Assembly (NCBI GenBank): GCA_038064695.1
Contig: JBBTSO010000001.1
Coordinates: forward strand, 85,932-149,931
DNA length: 64,000 bases
Direction: 5' to 3'
Source: Patescibacteria group bacterium
GTDB taxonomy: Bacteria; Patescibacteriota; Minisyncoccia; Phycocordibacterales; Phycocordibacteraceae
Shown piece after piece: positions 1 through 9,169 of this stretch (position 1 is its first letter; each line of letters starts with the position of its first letter). A program made the translations under genes and the position numbers. The notes under the pieces are model-generated. The model was not told the DNA's origin. It made no database searches and saw only the letters and a program-made list of their open reading frames with translations.

Positions 1-510
1 GATACGGGTGTTGCAGTATTCCAAGGCCTTGAAAACTTTAAACGGGTATACGATTCAATTAGCAACCTTCCCAACGGAAGCCGTGTTTTTGTTTTTCAAG
101 GAGTGATTTCAGCTCAAAGTGCACTTTCGCACATCAGTAATAAATTTTTTTCCAAACTTCACCAAGCCATTAAAAAAAGGAAGATTATCACTGAAGCTGT
201 TACAGGAGAAAAAACACTGGCGTTGTTTGAGACGCTTCCCACCGAACTCCTTGAGTCCCACTGGGGTCGTGCCACTATTGTCCACGTTGTTCCTGATGAG
301 TACGCTTTTTTTGACGCAGATTTTTTTTCGGTTCAAGACAAACTCTACCTACTTAACTTTTCACAAGAGCTTGCCGTAATCATTTCCAACCCTGCTGTTA
401 CTCACGCATTTCACGCCCTTCTTGGTCTTGCTGTTCACGCAGGAAGACGTGTTGACCTTAACGGTCATATAGGCGCTATTTTAGAAAAAAGAAAATTAAA
501 TCTTCTTTAG
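1..510 (+). CDS. TrmB-family transcriptional regulator, C-terminal part (5'-truncated by window)
   Basis: Frame 1 is open from base 1 (DTGVAVFQGLENFKRVYDSI...) to the stop at 510. It resembles the C-terminal half of the TrmB-like ORF at 7821-8642. Confidence 0.6.
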   Translation, partial: DTGVAVFQGLENFKRVYDSISNLPNGSRVFVFQGVISAQSALSHISNKFFSKLHQAIKKRKIITEAVTGEKTLALFETLPTELLESHWGRATIVHVVPDEYAFFDADFFSVQDKLYLLNFSQELAVIISNPAVTHAFHALLGLAVHAGRRVDLNGHIGAILEKRKLNLL

Positions 511-537
511 TTAACGGCGCTACGGTATAGTAACTGT

Positions 538-969
538 ATGGAGGTAACGTTGGAAAAAATGAGAGAATTCGCGGCGCAGTTTGTGGCGAGGTTGCCCAAA
601 GTTCCTGGTGAAAAGGCTCATATAGTGGGGCTTTCGGGTGATTTGGGTGCGGGGAAAACAACGTTTGTGCAGCACGTGGCGCGTGAACTTGGGGTGAAAG
701 AGCAGGTGACGAGTCCCACGTTTGTTATTGCGCAGGCATACCAAACGACGCACCCTCTCTTTACGCGCCTGGTGCATACGGACGCATATCGCCTTGAGGG
801 CGAAACCAAAGACACCGTGGGGTTTGAAGAGTTTTCACACGATCCCCACACCCTTATGCTCGTTGAGTGGCCGGAAAAATTACCTCGTGAGGCAATTTTT
901 CCGGCAGACGCCTCAGTGCTGAAGTTTGAGGTAGTGGATGATAACACAAGAAATATTTCTTATGCCTAA
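538..969 (+). CDS. tsaE: tRNA threonylcarbamoyladenosine biosynthesis ATPase TsaE
   Basis: GLSGDLGAGKTTF P-loop, VTSPTF, HTDAYRL and VEWPE motifs. Confidence 0.95.
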   Translation: MEVTLEKMREFAAQFVARLPKVPGEKAHIVGLSGDLGAGKTTFVQHVARELGVKEQVTSPTFVIAQAYQTTHPLFTRLVHTDAYRLEGETKDTVGFEEFSHDPHTLMLVEWPEKLPREAIFPADASVLKFEVVDDNTRNISYA

Positions 970-3364
970 AAAACAAAAGCCGATTTTGGTCTTGATTGAC
1001 TCCCACGCCATTATTCACCGTGCGTACCACGCGCTTCCTGAGTTGACTGACTCTAAAGGAAACCCTGCGGGTGCTTTGTATGGACTCGCCTCAATGTTGG
1101 TGAAGTTGATAAAAGAGCTCAAACCCGAACACATTGTGGCCGCGTATGACTTGGCAGGCCCCACGCACCGCCACGAAGTGTATGAAGACTACAAAGGCAC
1201 GCGTGCAAAAACAGACGACGCGCTCATTGCGCAGCTAGATCGTTCGCGTGATATTTTTGCCGCGTTCCACATTCCTATTTATGAAGCAAAAGGGTTTGAG
1301 GCAGACGACATTATTGGGACTCTCGCCACCACATTAAAAAAAGAATTTGACGTCGTTGTTGCTTCGGGCGATATGGACACGGTACAGTTGGTGGACGATG
1401 TAGGCGTGCGTGTCTTTACTCTTCGCAAAGGCCTTAACGACACCGTGATGTACGACGAGGCGGCGGTTATGGCGCGTTACGGGTTTGCGCCCGAGTTTAT
1501 TCCCGACTACAAAGGGTTTGCAGGCGATGCTTCCGACAACATCATCGGCATTTCTGGTATTGGCGAAAAAACGGCGACAAAACTCATTCAGGCGTACGGA
1601 AGTGTTGAGAATATTTACAAAGCGTTAGAAAAAAAACCGGAAGAATTTAAAGAAAAGACAGGGGTCACCGAGCGCGTTTTTAACTTGCTTCGCGACAACC
1701 AAGAAGAAGCTGAGTTTTCAAAAGTACTCGCCACTATACGCACCGATGCCCCCGTGGCGTTTGATGAAGAAGAAGCACACTGGCAAAAGAATTTTAGTAC
1801 TGACGCCGCAAAAAAACTTTTCACGGAACTTGGATTCAGGTCGTTGATCGCAAGAGTTGAGACTCTTGTGACAGGAAACAGTGATGAAGGGTCAGTAAAG
1901 AGTGAGAAAAAAGAACAGTTAGAAAAAACTGATGATTTGTCACCAATTCCTGTATACACCGCGGATTCCTTGCTTGCCAAGGAATCCGCGGTGATGCTCT
2001 GGCTTTTGCAGTCGGAAACCACAAACCCCTCTGTGGAAGATGTGCTCAACAACACGGACTCAAAAACATTAGAAGAAGCACACGAAAAACTGCTCCGTGA
2101 CCTCAAAAAAGAAAACCTTTTAGATATTTACGAGCGTATTGAAAAACCACTCGTTCGTGTGTTGGACGTAATGAACGCAAACGGTGTGTTAATTGACGCG
2201 CCGTATTTAAAAAATCTCTCCAAGGAGTACCACAAAGAGTTAGACGCGCTCGCAAAAGCGATTTTCAAAAAAGCAGGAAAAGAATTTAATATCAACTCAC
2301 CGAAACAGTTAGGCGAAGTGTTGTTCGTGCATATGGGTATCAAGCAGGCACGCGCGAAGAAAACCTCTACCGGCCAACTTTCTACCAAAGAGTCAGAACT
2401 TTTAAAACTTAAAGATGAAAACCCGATCATTGCTGACATTCTGGCGTACCGAGAACTCCAAAAACTACTTTCTACCTACATCGACGCTATTCCACCGCTT
2501 TTGGGCGAAGACGGTCGTTTGCATACCACCTTTATTCAAACAGGGGCGGCAACAGGCAGACTTGCCTCGCAAAACCCTGGGGTTCAGAATATCCCCGTCA
2601 AAACTGAGTTAGGGCGACGTATTCGTGGTGGGTTCGTTGCTCCAAAGGGCTCGGTGTTACTCGCGCTTGATTACTCGCAAATAGAGCTTCGCCTCGCCGC
2701 CATTCTTTCAGGGGACGAAAAGTTGAAACAGATTTTTATAAACGGGGAGGACGTACACACCGCCGTTGCCGCACGCGTGTTTGGCGTGGCGCCTGACGCA
2801 GTTGAGTATGAAATGAGACGCAGAGCAAAGGTCATTAACTTCGGCATTTTGTACGGTATGGGGGTGAATGCGCTTCGGGAACAGCTGGGAACGACCCGTG
2901 AGGACGCGCAGGCATTTCTTACGCGCTACTTTGAAACCTTTACGGAACTTGAGGCATACCTCACGAAAACAAAAGCAACCGCCACACGCCTCGGGTATAC
3001 CACCACCCTCTTCGGGCGAAAACGATTTTTCCCCGGACTCAAATCAAAACTCCCGTTCGTGCGCGCCTCATCCGAACGTATGGCGATTAACGCGCCCATG
3101 CAGGGGAGTCAGGCAGATATGATCAAACTCGCAATGGTTAATATCCAGGAGCGTATAGAAAAAGATTTTGCCGATACGGTGAAAATGGTACTTCAAATTC
3201 ACGACGAATTGATATTTGAAGTGAAAGACGACGCACTTTCTGTATTCACCCCCATCGCGCGGCATTTGATGGAGTCGGTACTGTCTAAAGAAGACGCGCA
3301 GGGCGTGCCCATTATTGTTTCAAGCGAAGCCGGTCCTTCGTGGGGGGAAATGAAGAGTATATAG
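962..3364 (+). CDS. polA: DNA polymerase I (5'-3' exonuclease plus polymerase; 3'-5' exonuclease region reduced)
   Basis: LIDSHAIIHRAYHA, EADDIIGT, DYSQIELR, RRRAKVINFGILYG, QIHDEL. ATG at 962 preferred. Confidence 0.97.
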   Translation: MPKKQKPILVLIDSHAIIHRAYHALPELTDSKGNPAGALYGLASMLVKLIKELKPEHIVAAYDLAGPTHRHEVYEDYKGTRAKTDDALIAQLDRSRDIFAAFHIPIYEAKGFEADDIIGTLATTLKKEFDVVVASGDMDTVQLVDDVGVRVFTLRKGLNDTVMYDEAAVMARYGFAPEFIPDYKGFAGDASDNIIGISGIGEKTATKLIQAYGSVENIYKALEKKPEEFKEKTGVTERVFNLLRDNQEEAEFSKVLATIRTDAPVAFDEEEAHWQKNFSTDAAKKLFTELGFRSLIARVETLVTGNSDEGSVKSEKKEQLEKTDDLSPIPVYTADSLLAKESAVMLWLLQSETTNPSVEDVLNNTDSKTLEEAHEKLLRDLKKENLLDIYERIEKPLVRVLDVMNANGVLIDAPYLKNLSKEYHKELDALAKAIFKKAGKEFNINSPKQLGEVLFVHMGIKQARAKKTSTGQLSTKESELLKLKDENPIIADILAYRELQKLLSTYIDAIPPLLGEDGRLHTTFIQTGAATGRLASQNPGVQNIPVKTELGRRIRGGFVAPKGSVLLALDYSQIELRLAAILSGDEKLKQIFINGEDVHTAVAARVFGVAPDAVEYEMRRRAKVINFGILYGMGVNALREQLGTTREDAQAFLTRYFETFTELEAYLTKTKATATRLGYTTTLFGRKRFFPGLKSKLPFVRASSERMAINAPMQGSQADMIKLAMVNIQERIEKDFADTVKMVLQIHDELIFEVKDDALSVFTPIARHLMESVLSKEDAQGVPIIVSSEAGPSWGEMKSI

Positions 3365-3388
3365 TATTTTGTATAGAGTATTTAGTAT
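3354..3388. repeat. Heptamer-period repeat (AGTATNN)n, left flank of four-helix-bundle gene
   Basis: AGAGTAT ATAGTAT TTTGTAT AGAGTAT TTAGTAT. Confidence 0.75.
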
Positions 3389-3755
3389 GGGAATCAAACA
3401 TTTCTCAGAACTCGATGCTTGGAAGAAAGGGCACACGCTCGTTCTTCTTGTCTACGAATATACAAAAAATTTTCCTGATGATGAGCGGTTCGGTCTAGTT
3501 AATCAAATGCGCAGAGCTGCCGTATCAATTACCTCAAATATTGCCGAAGGCTTTGGAAGAACAACCATCAACGATAAAGTACATTTCTATACCATGGCAA
3601 AGACGTCGCTTTCAGAGATTGAAAACCAAATGCTAATAGCCAAAGACCTTGACTACGTGGCCACAAATATCTATGAGCAATTTAAAACTCTGGTCGATGA
3701 AGAACATCGCCTCCTGGGGGGTCTAATGAAATCGGCACGTTCAAAAACGCACTAA
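3387..3755 (+). CDS. Four-helix-bundle protein (23S rRNA intervening-sequence protein / bAvd-like family)
   Basis: FSELDAWKKG...FPDDERFGLVNQMRRAAVSITSNIAEGFGR is the family signature. Confidence 0.92.
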   Translation: MGIKHFSELDAWKKGHTLVLLVYEYTKNFPDDERFGLVNQMRRAAVSITSNIAEGFGRTTINDKVHFYTMAKTSLSEIENQMLIAKDLDYVATNIYEQFKTLVDEEHRLLGGLMKSARSKTH

Positions 3756-3761
3756 TGCTCG

Positions 3762-3787
3762 ATACTAAATACTGAATACTCTATACT
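3762..3787. repeat. Heptamer-period repeat (ATACTNN)n, inverted relative to 3354-3388
   Basis: ATACTAA ATACTGA ATACTCT ATACT. Confidence 0.75.
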
Positions 3788-3793
3788 GTGTGT

Positions 3794-4480
3794 ATGCTCC
3801 ACTTGCTTATTGGTGTTGATGTCGTGGCGGCAAAAGCCGAGGCGCGCAAGCGCGCCAAGGGGGAAGTGGTCGTATTTGGCGAAGGCGCGCAGTCATTCGA
3901 CACGGCGCTTTCATACCTTGGTTCACAAGGACTTTTTGCGCCAAAAATTTCACTCCTATTTGACCGCGCGCTTGAATCTGCTGAAGGAAAAGCACTATTT
4001 GAAGAACACGCAGAAACACTCCATTCGCATGATACGGATGTATTTGTGATTGAAACGTCACTGAACGCGGAAGTAAAAAAACTTTTTCCTAAAGGTGTTG
4101 AGGTAACAGACTTTGGGAAAAAAGAAGCGGAGGAAAAGCCGATGCCGTTTACGCTCACTGATTTATTTATGGCAGGCGACCGAAAAGGTGCGTGGATTGA
4201 ATACCAAAAACTTCTGGGGCAGGGACTTTCAGCAGAGGAAATTCACGGAACGCTTTCGTGGGCAGTGCGCAGTGCGCTTTTGTCAGCAAAAACAAAAAGC
4301 GCGGACGAGGCAGGGTTAAAACCATTCGTGTACACAAAATCAAAACGTTTCGCGGAAAAGCTCGGCGTCAATGTCGTTGAAAACCTTTCACGAAAGCTTG
4401 TCCACATTTACCACCGTGCCCGTGCGGGCCAGGGAGATATGACGCTCGGAATTGAGAAATTGATTCTGGAAAAAAGTTAA
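3794..4480 (+). CDS. holA: Divergent DNA polymerase III delta subunit
   Basis: N-terminal MLHLLIG-D strand, GLFAPK motif, PFTLTD...GDRK-AW clamp-loader C-terminal helices; short form. Confidence 0.7.
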   Translation: MLHLLIGVDVVAAKAEARKRAKGEVVVFGEGAQSFDTALSYLGSQGLFAPKISLLFDRALESAEGKALFEEHAETLHSHDTDVFVIETSLNAEVKKLFPKGVEVTDFGKKEAEEKPMPFTLTDLFMAGDRKGAWIEYQKLLGQGLSAEEIHGTLSWAVRSALLSAKTKSADEAGLKPFVYTKSKRFAEKLGVNVVENLSRKLVHIYHRARAGQGDMTLGIEKLILEKS

Positions 4481-4839
4481 ATTGTTTTTAAAATTTCGCC
4501 TAACTTTGCAATCATTTCTTCAGAATTTTCGTACTCAAAACGCTGAGTAACAACGTTGTCTACGGAAAATGAGACGTGAGCACCTTTTTCAGACATCGCG
4601 ATTACCGGTACACCAAACGCATCTGCCCACCCCATTTCAATGCCTGTTCCGAGCGAGGGACGCGAAACTTCAGCAACAAGCACATCAGCTCCTCGAATCA
4701 TATCTCGCGTGATTTCCTCCACTTCACCCTCGTGGGGAAGTAGAATTTCATGCTCAGTGTTGAGCGAAGAGGTGCGGAATGGTTCGTAAATCTTATTTTT
4801 AAAATCAAAGTCGCTTGAGTGAGCAATGTAGATTTGCAT
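4477..4839 (-). CDS. Nucleoside 2-deoxyribosyltransferase / DNPH1-like protein
   Basis: IYIAH start and ADVLVAEVSRPSLGTGIEMGWA motif. Confidence 0.75.
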   Translation of the reverse strand: MQIYIAHSSDFDFKNKIYEPFRTSSLNTEHEILLPHEGEVEEITRDMIRGADVLVAEVSRPSLGTGIEMGWADAFGVPVIAMSEKGAHVSFSVDNVVTQRFEYENSEEMIAKLGEILKTI

Positions 4840-4884
4840 ATAAAAAGTATAACAAAAATAGGAAACGTCTCATAACGCTCCGAC

Positions 4885-5028
4885 CCGGACTTTGTCGTCA
4901 CGAATAATTACTCGTCAGCCCTCGTAATTTTCGCGACCCCGGCTCACGGTCTCGTCTGCTGACTCGACATCGTTCCGCCTCGGACAAAATCATAAAACCT
5001 GCCGCAGGGCAGGTGTTTATGTATTTTG
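4885..5028 (-). repeat. tRNA 3'-flanking structured element (copy at tRNA-Lys)
   Basis: Hairpin pairing with the tRNA 3' end (CGGACAAAAT.../ATTTTGTCCG), then scaffold CGGAACGATGTC...GAGCCGGGGTCGCGAA-hairpin-TTCGTGAC. Confidence 0.75.
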
Positions 5029-5101
5029 TCCGCCCGCTTGGGATCGAACCAAGGACCTTCTCCTTAAAAGGGAGCTGCTCTACCGGCTGAGCTACGGGCG
5101 G
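5029..5101 (-). tRNA. tRNA-Lys(TTT)
   Basis: CCGCCCGTAGCTCAGCCGGTAGAGCAGCTCCCT-TTT-AAGGAGAAGGTCCTTGGTTCGATCCCAAGCGGGCGGA; no encoded CCA. Confidence 0.95.
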
Positions 5102-5261
5102 AAGTTGCTCACGAAAATGATGCGGAGCATCGGTTTTGTGAGAGAAAGAAAAAGGATGTTTATATACTTTTTCTTGAACAAACAAAACCGTTCGGGAGTA
5201 AATTTTGTTAGAACGCCCCGCCCGTATGAACCGGCTCTGCAAGCCGACGTCATACGGGCGG
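5102..5261 (-). repeat. tRNA 5'-flanking structured element (copy at tRNA-Lys)
   Basis: Begins with CCGCCCGTA (identical to the tRNA-Lys 5' end) in a hairpin; four-hairpin homology to 17664-17818. Confidence 0.8.
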
Positions 5262-5322
5262 ATGTTTGAAATTATGCCTTACTTTTTTACTTTTTTCCAG
5301 CGTTCGTTGTTATACTAACTAT

Positions 5323-5868
5323 ATGACCTTCGTTTTTATTACCGGCCCCATGAAGAGCGGGAAGTCGCTGGAACTGATCGCCCGCGTAGCCCCCTTTGCA
5401 TTTGCCGATAAAAAAATTCTCTACGTTTCACCTGGGCGCAATGTTCGTGAATCAAATGTTCAGTCACGTCTTGGCATCAACGCTGAGGCGATGGTGGCGA
5501 GTTCGCTCAGCGAAATTCCTAGCACCTTTGATGTCGTGGGGGTTGATGAAGTGCACATGTTTGACGAAACAGACGCTCCCATTATTGAGCAGTGGGTGAA
5601 GGGAGGAAAGGATGTTTTTATAAGTGGACTGGATTTAGATTACCGTGGCGGCATGATTCCCATTGTGCAGAGAATTTTTGAATTTCGCCCTGATACCGTG
5701 TTGATGAAAAATGCTGTGTGCGAAGTGTGTCACGTGTACGACGCGCGGTTCACTCAAATTTTAAAAGATGGTGTGGCTGTGCGTGGCGGACTTCCTCCCG
5801 TGGTGCCGGATGATGGGAGTTATCAATATGAGACACGATGCCGCGCGTGTTTTATGAAATCAAACTAG
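5323..5868 (+). CDS. tdk: Thymidine kinase
   Basis: ITGPMKSGKSLEL, GVDEVHMF, SGLDLDYRG, CxxC...YETRCRAC zinc site. Confidence 0.95.
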   Translation: MTFVFITGPMKSGKSLELIARVAPFAFADKKILYVSPGRNVRESNVQSRLGINAEAMVASSLSEIPSTFDVVGVDEVHMFDETDAPIIEQWVKGGKDVFISGLDLDYRGGMIPIVQRIFEFRPDTVLMKNAVCEVCHVYDARFTQILKDGVAVRGGLPPVVPDDGSYQYETRCRACFMKSN

Positions 5869-6218
5869 TACGGGAGATCAAACGCGATTGCGCCAGCGCC
5901 AGTTAAAACGAGTGTTGCCAAAATAGAAATGGCAAGTATTTTTTCTCGCCAGCCTTCTTTAGGGGCGTCTACCCCAAGCCACATGCCACGTAAAAAAACG
6001 ACCAGTATGCCAAACACGGCAACGAGTTGAGTGAGAAGACCCGCAGCAAAGAAGAGCGCAAACGCGAGCTCTTTGATCGCGAGGAGTTTACTCTTCTGAG
6101 TCTTTAGCATCCACATGCCGTAGGCGTGAAAGAGGAAGTACAACCCAATGCCTGCACGAAGCAGCACAGGGGCAAAGTAGGGGCCTAGAAATAGTAAGTC
6201 TGGAAAAATTGCGTTCAT
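5865..6218 (-). CDS. DoxX-like membrane protein
   Basis: LLRAGIG, AGLLTQ and LTGAGAIAFD motifs; about 4 TM segments. Confidence 0.7.
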   Translation of the reverse strand: MNAIFPDLLFLGPYFAPVLLRAGIGLYFLFHAYGMWMLKTQKSKLLAIKELAFALFFAAGLLTQLVAVFGILVVFLRGMWLGVDAPKEGWREKILAISILATLVLTGAGAIAFDLPY

Positions 6219-6255
6219 ATGTTCAGTATAGAGTATTGAGTATAAAGTATACAGT

Positions 6256-6735
6256 ATGGCTCAAAATATATTTCTCATCATTCACAACGTGCGGAGTGCT
6301 CACAATGTGGGTTCCTTGTTCCGCACCGCTGACGGCATGGGGGTATCAAAAATACTTTTGACAGGCTACACCGGTGCGCCCGTCGATCGTTTTAATAGAA
6401 AAGATTTAAAAATTGCGAAAGTTTCGCTTGGCGCGGAGGATGTGGTGCCGTGGGAAAAGAAAGATATTTTTGAATTGATTTATGATTTACGAAGTAAGGG
6501 TGTAGAGGTTGTGGCACTTGAACAAAGTGCACAGTCTATCTCGCTTGATTCTTTTGTCCCAAAAGGGCCGGTTGCGCTTATTGTGGGGAACGAGATAGAG
6601 GGAGTTACTGAAGATGTGCTGGCTCTTTGCGACGCTGTGATTGAAATCCCCATGAAGGGGGGAAAGGAGTCGCTCAACGTCTCAAACGCTGGCGCTATTG
6701 CGCTCTATCAGTTGTCACAAAAATTGGAATTCTAA
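6256..6735 (+). CDS. TrmH/SpoU family RNA methyltransferase
   Basis: HNVRSAHNVGSLFRTAD, VGNEIEG, IPMKGGKESLNVS. Confidence 0.93.
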   Translation: MAQNIFLIIHNVRSAHNVGSLFRTADGMGVSKILLTGYTGAPVDRFNRKDLKIAKVSLGAEDVVPWEKKDIFELIYDLRSKGVEVVALEQSAQSISLDSFVPKGPVALIVGNEIEGVTEDVLALCDAVIEIPMKGGKESLNVSNAGAIALYQLSQKLEF

Positions 6736-6736
6736 T

Positions 6737-6832
6737 AAGGATTTGAAAAAATTTTTTTCAAATCCTTGCTAACTTCCTCGACTCAAGCAATACAAAAAAC
6801 TTTTTGTATTGCTCCTCGTTCTACGTCGTTAG
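6737..6832. repeat. Double-hairpin intergenic element / bidirectional terminator between convergent genes
   Basis: AAGGATTTGAAAAAA/TTTTTTCAAATCCTT and AGCAATACAAAAA/TTTTTGTATTGCT inverted repeats. Confidence 0.65.
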
Positions 6833-7821
6833 TAATCCACCGAGTCAATCACTAAGCCGTTTTCATCAAGCAAGCGAATGCGCTCGCGAGTGTTTTTCCA
6901 TAGCTCTTGGTCGCGGTCTAGGTAAATGCGCCACTCATTGTCATAAAAGTTTGTCTCGTTTTTGTACGCGGCCACACAGGCGCTATAGGTGAGGTCTTCC
7001 AAAATAAAGTTTCGACACTGCCCACCAATATTTTGGGGGATTTCGCTCAGGGTACTGCGACACCGCGGAATATTTTCTACAAAGCTAATGCATGCTTCAC
7101 TTGGTACAAAACTTGCCGTGATGGTGTCTGCGAGCACGTCTTCGGGTGCAGGGCACGCTTCTTCAAGGTCGGGTTCAAAGGCTTGGAACTGCGCAAAGTA
7201 GCCGGTGCACACGTTGGTGCGGAATGAGGTGCCAATAGGGGAGCGTCCTGTTACTACATAGATGGTGCTGCCGGGCGAAACCGCCACCGGAGATTCCACG
7301 TTCACCTGCCCCGAATAGGGAAGGTACGCAGCGTTCCCCAACGTTACTCCGAGCGTTGAAACCGTTGAATCAAGACGCCACGATGAAACAACCAGTCGAT
7401 CAGAAATATTTTTTCCAATTTTGATGGTGACATACTCTCCTTCGGGGTCAGTGTCACGAGCTCGTCCGATGCTCAAAGAAACGTCATTCGCGTAGGGGGA
7501 GGTAGATTCATTTATTTCTCCAAATCCGCTTCGAATTCTTTTAATAATACTGTCCAGTGAGTTTTCGGCGTCACGGTCACGGTCGGTGAGATTGGATTCA
7601 CTCGATTCAGGAATGGTGACCCCCGGAATCCCAAAGTCGGTGAGTGAGTACCCCGTTTCATTTCCTAGAGGGAAGGGAGGATTAAGGAAGGGTCCTGAAC
7701 GCGAGATGGCTCGGTCAGGGCCTCCCGTTAACGCCCACACAATTCCAAGCACGACTAAAAAAAAGATAAAAAATAAGAGATCAGTACCAGCGCCACCCTT
7801 TGGTTGTTTCATGGTATGCAT
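6829..7821 (-). CDS. Membrane-anchored, Cys-containing extracellular hypothetical protein
   Basis: N-terminal TM helix, EYVTI...WRL beta-rich region, several Cys, C-terminal IRLLDENGLVIDSVDY (lamin-tail-like). Confidence 0.7.
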   Translation of the reverse strand: MHTMKQPKGGAGTDLLFFIFFLVVLGIVWALTGGPDRAISRSGPFLNPPFPLGNETGYSLTDFGIPGVTIPESSESNLTDRDRDAENSLDSIIKRIRSGFGEINESTSPYANDVSLSIGRARDTDPEGEYVTIKIGKNISDRLVVSSWRLDSTVSTLGVTLGNAAYLPYSGQVNVESPVAVSPGSTIYVVTGRSPIGTSFRTNVCTGYFAQFQAFEPDLEEACPAPEDVLADTITASFVPSEACISFVENIPRCRSTLSEIPQNIGGQCRNFILEDLTYSACVAAYKNETNFYDNEWRIYLDRDQELWKNTRERIRLLDENGLVIDSVDY

Positions 7822-8642
7822 TATACCCTCGTCCAGTGGTCATCAAACGCATCTTCCATAAACCCTGCGATTGCCTGATTTTCAACCATAACTCCCACGT
7901 TATCTTTAAAAGAGAAGAGATATATACGGTTCCCGATCAAATAAATGCCAGCGTTCTGTTCGTCGATGTCGAGATGTTTAATGTCACGTCCCAGTCGTGT
8001 TGACTCGTCGGTGATACGAAAGTCGTCGGGACCTTTCGCAATAAAAAGTTTAGTGATAACCCCCATCGCACTTCGTTTCTTCAAAAATGAACGGATATAC
8101 TCTTCGAGTCCACGTGTTTCCGCAAGAAAGTTGACTCCATATCCGCGAAACCGTTTGTACTTTCCGCGCCTATAGAGGTCAAGCATACTGTCAAATAAGT
8201 GTTCAAGTCCGAGCGACCCTTCATAGTACGTAACGGAGGGAAGTGCAGTGATATTTGACTCGAGGGCTACAGAAGGGGAGAGCCCCGTCTCCAGTGATCG
8301 TTCGATACGTTTGAGTCGTGACTGTTCGTTTTTTATAAATCGGGCAAGGTGGCGATAATCACACACAAAATAACGAATGCCTCCGCGTACAGTTGACGTT
8401 ACTAATCCTTGCTCGCCGAATCGTTTTAAAATGGAATACACCGTTTGACGTGGCTCATCGGTTTTCTTTCCAATGATTGATGCCCGCGCACTTTTTTCTT
8501 CAAGTAACGCCAACGCCACTTTTACTTCCCGTTTTGAAAAGCGAAGGGCAGTCAAAATATCCTCAACATTACCGAAGTCAAAAACGGCTTTACTTCTGAC
8601 CATATCACCATATATACCATAAGTGACGAAAAAATTCGTCAC
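7821..8642 (-). CDS. TrmB-family transcriptional regulator
   Basis: LRFSKREVKVALALL...PRQTVYSILKRF wHTH and VTYYEGSLG motif; start uncertain. Confidence 0.8.
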   Translation of the reverse strand: MTNFFVTYGIYGDMVRSKAVFDFGNVEDILTALRFSKREVKVALALLEEKSARASIIGKKTDEPRQTVYSILKRFGEQGLVTSTVRGGIRYFVCDYRHLARFIKNEQSRLKRIERSLETGLSPSVALESNITALPSVTYYEGSLGLEHLFDSMLDLYRRGKYKRFRGYGVNFLAETRGLEEYIRSFLKKRSAMGVITKLFIAKGPDDFRITDESTRLGRDIKHLDIDEQNAGIYLIGNRIYLFSFKDNVGVMVENQAIAGFMEDAFDDHWTRV

Positions 8643-8771
8643 TGTTTCTATAATGAGTTGAGGATAGGTGGCTGACAGGAGAGAAGGGTGCTGAACGGTA
8701 GAAATTTTCTATTTTTATTGCAAAATTTTACTACAGTCTGATAAGAGACTGGTTAAATTTAAAGGAAAAGT

Positions 8772-8885
8772 ATGAATTATAAAGAAAAATATCTCGTAGG
8801 TATGGCTGGCGGGGTTTTGGCTGGTGTTCTATATGAAGTCTTGTTGCAAGGTGGATGTCTTGAGTTTCTCTACTTTGCCGATTAG
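8772..8885 (+). CDS. Orphan 37-aa membrane peptide (not in ORF track)
   Basis: MNYKEKYLVGMAGGVLAGVLYEVLLQGGCLEFLYFAD*; AAGGA lies upstream. Confidence 0.45.
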   Translation: MNYKEKYLVGMAGGVLAGVLYEVLLQGGCLEFLYFAD

Positions 8886-8935
8886 GAGTTTTCTCCATTA
8901 AAAATATTATTCAAAGTTTTAACTAAAAGATACGT

Positions 8936-9091
8936 ATGGCAAGTGAAAACTTTTCAGAAACTCCTAGGCCTATTTTGAATGGGTACACAATTGGATTTTT
9001 ATCATTTACCGTTGTCATGGTATTGCTAAAACTTACTGACACAATTCCTGCACATAATTCATTTGAGTTGTGTCTTCCTCCTGAGAAATAA
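8936..9091 (+). CDS. Orphan 51-aa single-TM peptide (not in ORF track)
   Basis: MASENFSETPRPILNGYTIGFLSFTVVMVLLKLTDTIPAHNSFELCLPPEK*. Confidence 0.5.
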   Translation: MASENFSETPRPILNGYTIGFLSFTVVMVLLKLTDTIPAHNSFELCLPPEK

Positions 9092-9169
9092 TGGTGAATC
9101 ACCACACGTAACCTCAAAAGTGGATAGTTGTTAGGCTTTGATGCTTAGAACGCTGCTAGAAACTAACCA

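Noticed and set aside
3387-3755. Diversity-generating retroelement (Avd-like gene)
   Set aside because: No reverse transcriptase and no TR/VR pair with adenine-specific mismatches seen.
4898-5242. ORF-track ORFs overlapping tRNAs and their elements (also 17330-18081, 27787-28100, 28833-29120, 30854-31627)
   Set aside because: They overlap tRNA genes or structured repeats and have no protein-like motifs.
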